Shown here: one piece after another, positions 57,274 to 64,000 of the stretch | Position numbering within the stretch: position 1 is the first letter of the stretch | Layout: every line of letters starts with the position of its first letter | Assembly (NCBI GenBank): GCA_963169855.1 | Contig: CAUJCN010000002.1 | Coordinates: forward strand, 267,288-331,287 | Reading direction: 5' to 3' | Origin: Patescibacteria group bacterium | GTDB lineage: Bacteria; Patescibacteriota; Dojkabacteria; J137 | DNA length: 64,000 nucleotides | Program-made: the position numbers and the translations under genes | Notes under the pieces: generated by a model | What the model saw: the letters and a program-made list of their open reading frames with translations, nothing else | Told to the model about the DNA's origin: nothing | Database searches by the model: none

Positions 57274-58854
57274 TTAGTTTTCGAAAACGTTTTTGCTTCT
57301 AACGTCGTAATGCAATCGGATTCCTACCAAAATCATCAATCCTGCAATAAATACAACAATTACTGATGTAGGGTTATCGATTGCAGTGCCAGGTAGATCA
57401 CCTCCGACATCTCCTGTTGTAGACCCTGAAGTTTCTTCTTCATCTATTCCTCCCGTCGGATTAACAGCTGCTAGGTTTACAACAAACTCTCTTACTCCAG
57501 TGTCTGTTGCTTGTGCACCGTTATGCTTTCTGATTGTCCAACAATATTTTGTGTTGTTAGTCACATTTAAGTTAAATGTTCCTGATGGTCCTCCATCTAC
57601 TGTTCCAATTCTTGCATACGGACCAGAATTACTTGTATTTGTCGGGCAAGATTCTGTAACTCCAACAGTTGTTGATCTAACTCTAAATTGATTGTTTTGA
57701 TTTTCACAGCCTTCACCAAAAGATCCGTTTCTTTCCCAGGACAGGGTTACTGTAGCAGTATTAATTACTGCTCCGTTACCTGGTGAAATTAATTTAGCTT
57801 TTGTTGGTGCTGTAGTAGTGCAACCTGTGCTGGATTGCCCTGTAGTTGCGTTGGTTTGCCCGGTAGTATCTGTTGTCTGGCCAGCAGTTCCCGTAGCAGT
57901 TGTTCCTCCAGTTTGTGTCGCTCCTCCCGTTTGTGTTGTCCCTCCAGTCTGAGTTGTTCCACCTGTCTGTGTTGTGCTTCCCGCTTGGCAAGTTCCGGAA
58001 ACACAAGATAAATTTGAACAACAAGAATTACTTGCTCCACAAGATTGCCCTTGAGTTGCACATTGAGAGGCCGTTGTACAAGAACCACCTGGGTCTACTA
58101 CATTGCCGTTGTTACACAGGCATCTGCATAAATTTGCTCCAGACAATGTAATTTGACTACTACCAGTAGGACAGGATTGAGCGGTATCACAAACTATAGG
58201 GCTGCAGGTATTGTTGCTACAAGAAAGGTTCGCATTACAAGAATTCCCTGTACAGCATGTCTGGCCTTGAGCTCCACATTGAGTGGTTGGTGGAAAACAT
58301 ATACCACCATTTAAAGTATAGCCTTCACAACAACCCATCAGATCTGCAGGATTACCTGGATTATTGCATTTGTACAACAGTTTGGTACTTGGTCCGCAGT
58401 AATCACTACCATCTTGTATAGTTACATCCGGCACACCAGGAACTGTGCAGCGATTACTTTGGGTAGCTGCTGTCCAGTTACATACTCCTGATAATGTTCT
58501 TGCTGATGAATCGCAAGAAGACGGAACTGCCGTGTAGTCCTCACAACTAAAAGTAAAACAGTAACTAGGTGCATCGGACTTTCTAATGCATGCAAAAAAT
58601 GGAGATCCTGCACCGGTTCCAGCACAACAAGCACCAGTCGAAAATCGAAAGATTATAGGATTACACCCTGATTCAGTTAAACCCACAGAACATGTACTAG
58701 ATAGCTCGCTGTAAGTGGGATTACAAGTTCCCGCTCCTGCTAAACTATCATCTGGAGATTGGTTGTTAATAAGTTGAAAAGAAAAGTATAGAGAAAGTCC
58801 ACCAAGAACTGTAATGGCGATTAAAAGAATATATACGAGTGACTTTCTGTTCAT
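57274..58854 (-). CDS. Cys-rich cell-surface protein with FN3-like domain and C-terminal LPGTA sorting-signal-like motif (paralog 2)
   Basis: 526 aa. Same N-terminal signal anchor ('VLGGLSLYFSFQLINNQSPDDS' vs 'VLGGLALFLAVQLNNNQAPDDS'). Cys-rich. 'TQTGGT' x4 repeat. The conserved domain is about 75% identical to paralog 1. C-terminus 'LPGTAIDNPTSVIVVFIAGLMILVGIRLHYDVRSKNVFEN'. Confidence 0.75.
   Translation of the reverse strand: MNRKSLVYILLIAITVLGGLSLYFSFQLINNQSPDDSLAGAGTCNPTYSELSSTCSVGLTESGCNPIIFRFSTGACCAGTGAGSPFFACIRKSDAPSYCFTFSCEDYTAVPSSCDSSARTLSGVCNWTAATQSNRCTVPGVPDVTIQDGSDYCGPSTKLLYKCNNPGNPADLMGCCEGYTLNGGICFPPTTQCGAQGQTCCTGNSCNANLSCSNNTCSPIVCDTAQSCPTGSSQITLSGANLCRCLCNNGNVVDPGGSCTTASQCATQGQSCGASNSCCSNLSCVSGTCQAGSTTQTGGTTQTGGTTQTGGATQTGGTTATGTAGQTTDTTGQTNATTGQSSTGCTTTAPTKAKLISPGNGAVINTATVTLSWERNGSFGEGCENQNNQFRVRSTTVGVTESCPTNTSNSGPYARIGTVDGGPSGTFNLNVTNNTKYCWTIRKHNGAQATDTGVREFVVNLAAVNPTGGIDEEETSGSTTGDVGGDLPGTAIDNPTSVIVVFIAGLMILVGIRLHYDVRSKNVFEN
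57894..57965. repeat. 18-bp tandem repeat x4 within a coding region
   Basis: 'cc(a/c)gt(t/c)tg(t/a)gt(c/t)g...' units encode (GGTTQT)4 in paralog 2. Confidence 0.6.
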
Positions 58855-59616
58855 TTAAAAATTTGGCTTTAGAATATGATTTATACTCCTATCTTCCAAT
58901 AACCTTTCCAAATCTCTTATAAAGTATTCTCCAACTTGTAAAGTTCCTCCTAACTTCCTTCTTTTTATTTCTTCAATTTCCTCCTGTTTATATCCTTGCA
59001 AAGTTTGTAGCGAATATTTACCCGTGTATTCTGGAAACATAATTAGAAATGCAATCGCCTCGTGAAGCAAAGCTTTTGCCTTTTTCCCCTCTGCCTTTTT
59101 ATTAATGTAAATACAAGGTTCGCCTCTATCATTTACTAATATCGATGCTACGTTTCCCTCCCTAAGAAAATCCTCATCTGTTTTCGTTTCAACCACCGTA
59201 AAATTCTTTTCGATATAACTAACTAATTGTTCTTGCTGCTCAAGGTCGAACCCATTACCCATAATACTTACAATTGTAGCCATACATGGGTTGTTGGCAG
59301 CAAGAGCCAAGAATTCCCCTAATGCCGTAACCAAAAAATATTGATCTTTTGGGTCGTCCATATGTAAGGGCGTATCTGGTAACTTGTAGTTGACTGCATA
59401 CAAAATGGGTACTGGCTCTCCGTTGGGCCGAATCTTATTCAGTAAGTTGAACAATACATCATAAAGTTCTGCGACATTTTGAGGAATTGGGTTTAACCTG
59501 TCGCGATTCAGTAGGCTTCTGTCTTTAGTAATTATTAGGTCAAAGATTTGCTCATCATTAAATATTCTTTCTCTGTGCAGAAACTCTTGGCCTACTAGTT
59601 CGTTCCAATTTATCAT
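58855..59616 (-). CDS. hypothetical protein
   Basis: 254-266 aa. ATG at 59616 avoids overlap with fbaB; the track start is 59655. No motif. It is immediately upstream (on the same strand) of paralog 2. Confidence 0.45.
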   Translation of the reverse strand: MINWNELVGQEFLHRERIFNDEQIFDLIITKDRSLLNRDRLNPIPQNVAELYDVLFNLLNKIRPNGEPVPILYAVNYKLPDTPLHMDDPKDQYFLVTALGEFLALAANNPCMATIVSIMGNGFDLEQQEQLVSYIEKNFTVVETKTDEDFLREGNVASILVNDRGEPCIYINKKAEGKKAKALLHEAIAFLIMFPEYTGKYSLQTLQGYKQEEIEEIKRRKLGGTLQVGEYFIRDLERLLEDRSINHILKPNF

Positions 59617-59617
59617 A

Positions 59618-60649
59618 TCATTGTAAGCTCCTATCCAAATAAACGTTTTGCACATCGTGGAGAATTTTCACACCTTCGCCAAAACTTTTTTGAAATGCTT
59701 TTCTACCCATAATTAAACCTGAGCCTCCCGCTCTTTTGTTAATAATAGCTGTTTCTATAGCGCTGTTTCTATCATCTTTTTCTGAGGGACCTCCACTACT
59801 CAACATTGGAAGTTTTCCACCTAGACAATTTAGAACTTGGAATCTAACCATAGCGACAGGATTTTTTGAATAAAGCTCGCTCAAGTTTTCTGAAGAAAGT
59901 TTTCCATAAATTGTTTCATCATTTTTTAACGCTTCAAATCCACCAACCATTGTTGGAATTTTTTGTTTTATAATATCTGCTTGCAAAGTTGCACCTAAAT
60001 AATTTGCTTGTGCTGTAAAGTCTAAAGAAGTGTTCAATTTAGAATCAAACTTATCATCTAATCTTACATAGCACCAAAGAACAGTAAACATTCCTAAAGT
60101 ATGTGCAAGTTCGAATGCTTCACTGACTTCGTAAATTTCTTGTCTTGAATTTTCTGAACCAAAGTAAATAGTCGCCCCAACTCCAACTGCTCCCATATCA
60201 AAAGCATTCTTTACTGTTCCAAACATCGATTGCTTTTGCATTCCTGGAGTTAAAGATTCGTTGTGATTAATTTTTACAATAAACGGAATTCTTTCTGCGT
60301 ATTTTTTCGAAACAAGTCCTAAATTTCCAAGTGTAGAAGCAACTGCACTACAACCTCCTTCGATAGCAAGTTTTACTATATTCTCTGGATCAAAAAATAT
60401 TGGATTCTTACTGAAAGCATTTCCGGCTGAATGCTCTACTCCTTGATCTACAGGTAGAATCGAAAGATAGCCTGTATCTTTTAATCTTCCGGAAGAAAAA
60501 AGCCAATCTAAGTTTTCAATCACTTTCTGGCCACGATTGCTGTTTTTGAAAACCTCCATGAAGTATCTTTTATCCCTACGAAAAGAAACCACTCCTTCGT
60601 GGGGGAAGTCCATACTCATCAACTCTTTAAAACGGTTTTCGGATATCAT
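59618..60649 (-). CDS. fbaB: fructose-bisphosphate aldolase, class I (FbaB/DhnA, archaeal type)
   Basis: 343 aa, colinear with E. coli FbaB: 'TGYLSILPVDQGVEHSAG', 'YFDPENIVKLAIEGGCSAVAST', 'RIPFIVKINHNESL', 'AVGVGATIYFGSENSRQEI', 'INKRAGGSGLIMGRKAFQKS'. Confidence 0.88.
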   Translation of the reverse strand: MISENRFKELMSMDFPHEGVVSFRRDKRYFMEVFKNSNRGQKVIENLDWLFSSGRLKDTGYLSILPVDQGVEHSAGNAFSKNPIFFDPENIVKLAIEGGCSAVASTLGNLGLVSKKYAERIPFIVKINHNESLTPGMQKQSMFGTVKNAFDMGAVGVGATIYFGSENSRQEIYEVSEAFELAHTLGMFTVLWCYVRLDDKFDSKLNTSLDFTAQANYLGATLQADIIKQKIPTMVGGFEALKNDETIYGKLSSENLSELYSKNPVAMVRFQVLNCLGGKLPMLSSGGPSEKDDRNSAIETAIINKRAGGSGLIMGRKAFQKSFGEGVKILHDVQNVYLDRSLQ

Positions 60650-60813
60650 TAGATAATTGTATCACTTAATAAAGACTATTAAAATTTTGAAGTCTGAAGA
60701 TCGAAATTAGAAATTTGAAGACAGAAGACTAAAACGGATAACTAAGAACCGATTTACCGAATATCCAAGTTCACCCTAGAAAAGAACAAATCCAGATTTA
60801 TCGTGAGAGCTAA

Positions 60814-62343
60814 TTACTCCTGCTCTACTATCAAGCTTTCGCCTGTCATTACTTCAGGTTTATCAAGCCCCATTAAATCCAGAACTGTTGGTGCAATGTC
60901 CTGAAGACTATCTCTTCTGTGAAGTTTGCAACTCAAATCTGAAACTAGAATAAACGGAACATTTGCTGTTGTATGCTGTGTATGCGGTTGATTATTTTCG
61001 TAGTCCCACATTCTGTCTGAATTTCCATGATCTGCAGTGATAATTAAAGAAAAGTTCTCTAATTTGCTTCTTAAAGATTCGTAAATTTTTCCCAAACAAT
61101 AGTCTATGGATTCTGCGGAAATAACTGCAGCTTCGTAATTACCCGTATGACCAACCATATCTGGACTGGATAAGTTTGCAATTACAAAATCGTATTTATC
61201 ACTTTCGATTGCTTCGATAATGTGTTGAGTAATCTCGAAATTTCTCATGCTTGGTTCAAAGTTGTAGTGTGGTTTTACAAACCTGTTAGATTGAATCATC
61301 TTCCAGTCTTCTTTTGGAAACTCTGATTCTTTTTCTCCGTTCAAAAAGAAAGTCAAATGAGGATATTTTTCCGTTTCTGTAATATGTAATTGAGTTTTTC
61401 CTGATTTAGAAATAGTTTCTGCTAAAGTATGGTCAATCTTTTCTCTTGGGAATGCTACTGCGACATCTTTGAATTCCTCACTCACGGAAATAAATGTTGT
61501 TACATGTAAATTCTCGATTTTTTCGTCTATAACTCTTTTGACTATCTGATAAAGTCTGTCTGTTCGGTAGTGAAAGAAAATTACAGAATCTCCAGCTTTA
61601 ATCTTTCCTTGTGGATCTGTAACATATTGAGTAAAGAATTCATCGGTGATATTTTGATTATATTCATAGTTTAAAACCGCAACCCAATCTGTAAATGGTT
61701 TTCCATCTCCATTTATTAGTAACTGAGCAGCCAAATCTGTCTTTTCCCAATCTCTATCTCGATCCAAAAATGCTCTTCCTTGAATTGTTGCAATACTAAT
61801 GTTTAGACTTTCATGATTTGCAATATGTTCATCCAACTGCATAAAATATTTATCTGCAGATTTTGGTGGGACATCTCTTCCATCTGTAAACAAGTGCAGG
61901 AAAATATTATTTTTGAAATTTTCTCTATCAAGCATTTCTAGCAAAGCAAAAACATGATTCATTGAAGAATGAATTCCTCCATCACTTAGAATTCCAACTA
62001 AATGAATATCTCCACTAAATTGGTTTGCATGATCAACAGAACCTAAAAGTTGTCGATTTGAATAAAATGTTTCTTCTTTAATCGCTTCATTAATTTTTGG
62101 TAAATCTTGAAGAATTACTCTCCCCGCTCCTAAAGTCATATGGTTTACTTCTGAAGTTCCAAATTGACCTTCTGGAAGTCCTACTGCAAGTCCATCAGAT
62201 TTTAATCTTGTGTTTGGGAATTCTCGAACTAGCCTATCGTAGTTTGGTTTAAAAGCATTATCGATTGCATTAAATTTATCTGGTTCTGATAATCCCCATC
62301 CATCCATAACTATCAGTACAACTTTTTTATTTTTTCTTTTCAT
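60814..62343 (-). CDS. gpmI: 2,3-bisphosphoglycerate-independent phosphoglycerate mutase
   Basis: 509 aa. 'VVLIVMDGWGLSEP' is the N-terminal metal/Ser site of iPGM. The length is typical. Confidence 0.85.
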   Translation of the reverse strand: MKRKNKKVVLIVMDGWGLSEPDKFNAIDNAFKPNYDRLVREFPNTRLKSDGLAVGLPEGQFGTSEVNHMTLGAGRVILQDLPKINEAIKEETFYSNRQLLGSVDHANQFSGDIHLVGILSDGGIHSSMNHVFALLEMLDRENFKNNIFLHLFTDGRDVPPKSADKYFMQLDEHIANHESLNISIATIQGRAFLDRDRDWEKTDLAAQLLINGDGKPFTDWVAVLNYEYNQNITDEFFTQYVTDPQGKIKAGDSVIFFHYRTDRLYQIVKRVIDEKIENLHVTTFISVSEEFKDVAVAFPREKIDHTLAETISKSGKTQLHITETEKYPHLTFFLNGEKESEFPKEDWKMIQSNRFVKPHYNFEPSMRNFEITQHIIEAIESDKYDFVIANLSSPDMVGHTGNYEAAVISAESIDYCLGKIYESLRSKLENFSLIITADHGNSDRMWDYENNQPHTQHTTANVPFILVSDLSCKLHRRDSLQDIAPTVLDLMGLDKPEVMTGESLIVEQE

Positions 62344-62453
62344 ATTTATCTTGTAAGCTAATTATTATATCAGGTTTTTAAGAGCATGAGCCTGCTTTAA
62401 CCAATTGCACCATAGATCTTTTATCTTTAGTCCTTTTCTGATAATCTTTATGT

Positions 62454-63545
62454 ATGAAGAAAATTGGAATTGTAAATGGTGGTGGAGATACTCAAGCAAT
62501 GAATGCAGTAATTGCATCTATCGTTCGTACAGGTGTTAATAGAGATTACAAGTTTTTAGGATTTATCAAAGGTTGGGAAGGGCTTTTAGACAATGAGTAC
62601 ATTCCACTTGAAGTTAAAGACGTAAGAGGTATAAGTCATATTGGCGGAACAATTTTACAAACTACAAATAAAGGGAGATTTGCTGCAAAAGAAGGTGATG
62701 GACAAACACGAAAAATTCCCCAAGATTTAATTAATCTAGCAAAAAAGAATGCTGCCATGTTGGGCGTAGAAGCTTTCATTGTTATTGGTGGCGATGGAAC
62801 TTTATCAGGAGCTCAGCAACTTGTGGATCAGGGAATAAAATTAATTGGAGTTCCAAAAACTATCGATAATGATCTATCGATTGTAGATAAAACTTTCGGC
62901 TTTAGTACAGCAGTCGATATTGTTGTAGAAGCATTAGATAGAATCCATACTACTGCACTAAGTCATAACAGAGTTTTCTTTGTCGAAACTATGGGAAGAT
63001 ATGCCGGATGGATCGCACTTCATGCTGGATTAGCTGGAGCTGCTAATGCAATTTTAATTCCAGAATTACAATTTGATTATAAAAATTTAGTGAACTTTCT
63101 TTCTTGGAGAAAAAGAATAGGAAAAAACTACTCTATTGTTGTTGTGGCTGAAGGATCGAGAGCTGTTAATGAAGATTTTGTTACTAATCCAGAATTTACT
63201 GCAGCTGAAAATAGACTTGGTGGAATTTCTTACGAGATTATGAAAAGAATTGAAAGAATGTCTCCTGGTGAATTCGAAATGAGAAACGTTATTCTTGGTC
63301 ATACACAACGAGGTGGAACACCAAATGCAGAAGATAGAATTCTTGCAAAAGTGTACGGAACAAGTGCTATTGATGCACTAGACGCTGAACGATTTGGGCA
63401 CATGGTTGCGTTAGTTGATGGAGAAATGCGAACAGTTCCAATTACCGATGTCGTTTCAAGTTTAAAACTAGTTACAGATGAAGACCTAAGTTTGCAAACA
63501 GCAAGAAAACTGGGAATCTATTTTGGCGAAGAGTTTAATTCTTAA
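62454..63545 (+). CDS. pfkA: 6-phosphofructokinase (PfkA family)
   Basis: 'KIGIVNGGGDTQAMNAVI', 'GGDGTLSGA', 'GVPKTIDNDL', 'MGRYAGWIALHAG'. It has Gly in GGDG but Lys in 'PKTIDND', a mixed ATP/PPi-type signature. Confidence 0.85.
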   Translation: MKKIGIVNGGGDTQAMNAVIASIVRTGVNRDYKFLGFIKGWEGLLDNEYIPLEVKDVRGISHIGGTILQTTNKGRFAAKEGDGQTRKIPQDLINLAKKNAAMLGVEAFIVIGGDGTLSGAQQLVDQGIKLIGVPKTIDNDLSIVDKTFGFSTAVDIVVEALDRIHTTALSHNRVFFVETMGRYAGWIALHAGLAGAANAILIPELQFDYKNLVNFLSWRKRIGKNYSIVVVAEGSRAVNEDFVTNPEFTAAENRLGGISYEIMKRIERMSPGEFEMRNVILGHTQRGGTPNAEDRILAKVYGTSAIDALDAERFGHMVALVDGEMRTVPITDVVSSLKLVTDEDLSLQTARKLGIYFGEEFNS

Positions 63546-63555
63546 TAATTAATTT

Positions 63556-63834
63556 ATGGAAAATACCAACATTACTGATCAAGACAAACTATCACAAGCA
63601 AAGAAAAGAGCAAAAGATAAAGTAGATTTCATTTCTCATTTTCTTATTTTTGTTGTTATAAACGCTATTCTTATTGTAATCAACCTACTCACATCACCAA
63701 ATTCTCTTTGGTTTGTGTTCCCATTTTTTGGTTGGGGAATTGGTTTAGTAGTTCATTTTTTTGGAGTTTTTGTTTTTGATGGATTTCTTCAGAACTTAGA
63801 GAAGAAATTTGTTGAACAAGAAATGAGAAAATAA
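63556..63834 (+). CDS. 2TM domain-containing small membrane protein
   Basis: 92 aa. 'KKRAKDKVDFISHFLIFVVINAILIVINLLTSPNSLWFVFPFFGWGIGLVVHFF' is typical of the 2TM family. Confidence 0.55.
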   Translation: MENTNITDQDKLSQAKKRAKDKVDFISHFLIFVVINAILIVINLLTSPNSLWFVFPFFGWGIGLVVHFFGVFVFDGFLQNLEKKFVEQEMRK

Positions 63835-63903
63835 ATTTCATTCCTAGACACTTTCAAATAAAACTTATACAATGACTGTCGCCAGTTATTAATGCCGTTT
63901 TAT

Positions 63904-64000
63904 GGAAGAAATGCCTCAAAAATTTTATCAGATACCTGAACATCGAAAGATTGTTTTAGAATATACTGACTGGCTAATAGAAACTAAGTATCTTCGTAAC
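63904..64000 (+). CDS. hypothetical protein, 3' truncated by the window edge
   Basis: The ORF 'MEEMPQKFYQIPEHRKIVLEYTDWLIETKYLRN' runs off the end of the window. Confidence 0.3.

Noticed and set aside
57169-57366. 65-aa plus-strand ORF in the intergenic region between the paralogs.
   Set aside because: It overlaps the conserved motif/terminator region and the 3' end of paralog 2. It has no RBS and is likely non-coding.
57789-58151. ORFs 57789..58088 and 57794..58024 (minus), 57900..58151 and 57386..57691 (plus) inside paralog 2.
   Set aside because: They are out-of-frame or antisense readings of the low-complexity repeat region. The long Cys-rich frame, which has a signal anchor and is homologous to paralog 1, is the gene.

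Overview
The window is an AT-rich (~33-36% GC), gene-dense bacterial fragment that uses the standard genetic code. Long ORFs contain no in-frame TGA, and TGA is used as a stop codon. Gene content suggests a reduced genome of the Patescibacteria/CPR type, inferred from domain-minimal aaRS (AspRS without the GAD insertion, ThrRS without the TGS N-terminus), an archaeal-type TIM and a class-I FbaB aldolase.

Housekeeping genes:
- aspS, thrS, and the rplU-rpmA pair.
- A dcw-type cluster mraZ-rsmH-ftsL-ftsI with a THEP1-like NTPase.
- secG, obg, an IMPDH/GMP-reductase-family gene, and a YbaK-like deacylase.
- A glycolytic set tpiA / fbaB / gpmI / pfkA.
- Three tRNAs: Leu-UAA, Leu-GAG and Asp-GUC.

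Accessory content:
- A ~7.5-7.9 kb gene for a giant surface protein (2499 aa as the ORF stands). It combines YadA-head-like (Hep_Hag) repeats, three blocks of LVIVD beta-propeller repeats, a phage-tail-fibre-like C-terminal intramolecular-chaperone domain and an H-type-lectin-like end. It is directly preceded, in the same frame, by a signal-anchor ORF from which it is separated only by a single TGA.
- Two paralogous Cys-rich, Thr/Gly-rich surface proteins that share a C-terminal 'LPGTA + TM + charged tail' sorting-signal-like motif. They lie next to an ECF sigma factor and its putative anti-sigma partner. A conserved ~35-nt motif recurs in intergenic regions of this neighbourhood.
- A nine-gene minus-strand cluster of nucleotide- and sugar-type enzymes: NDK-like, GT2, APH-like kinase, PRTase fusion, HAD, PRAI/RPE TIM-barrel fusion, Ppx/GppA, SDR, and an NDT-like domain fused to a ribbon-helix-helix.
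- A thioredoxin-ccdA pair in which the thioredoxin gene is broken by two single-base homopolymer frameshifts.
- Tandem translationally coupled XRE-HTH regulator paralogs.
- Partial tRNA 3'-end duplications next to both tRNA-Leu genes, and a small GC-rich islet encoding a membrane protein.

No CRISPR array, integrase, transposase or rRNA gene was seen.
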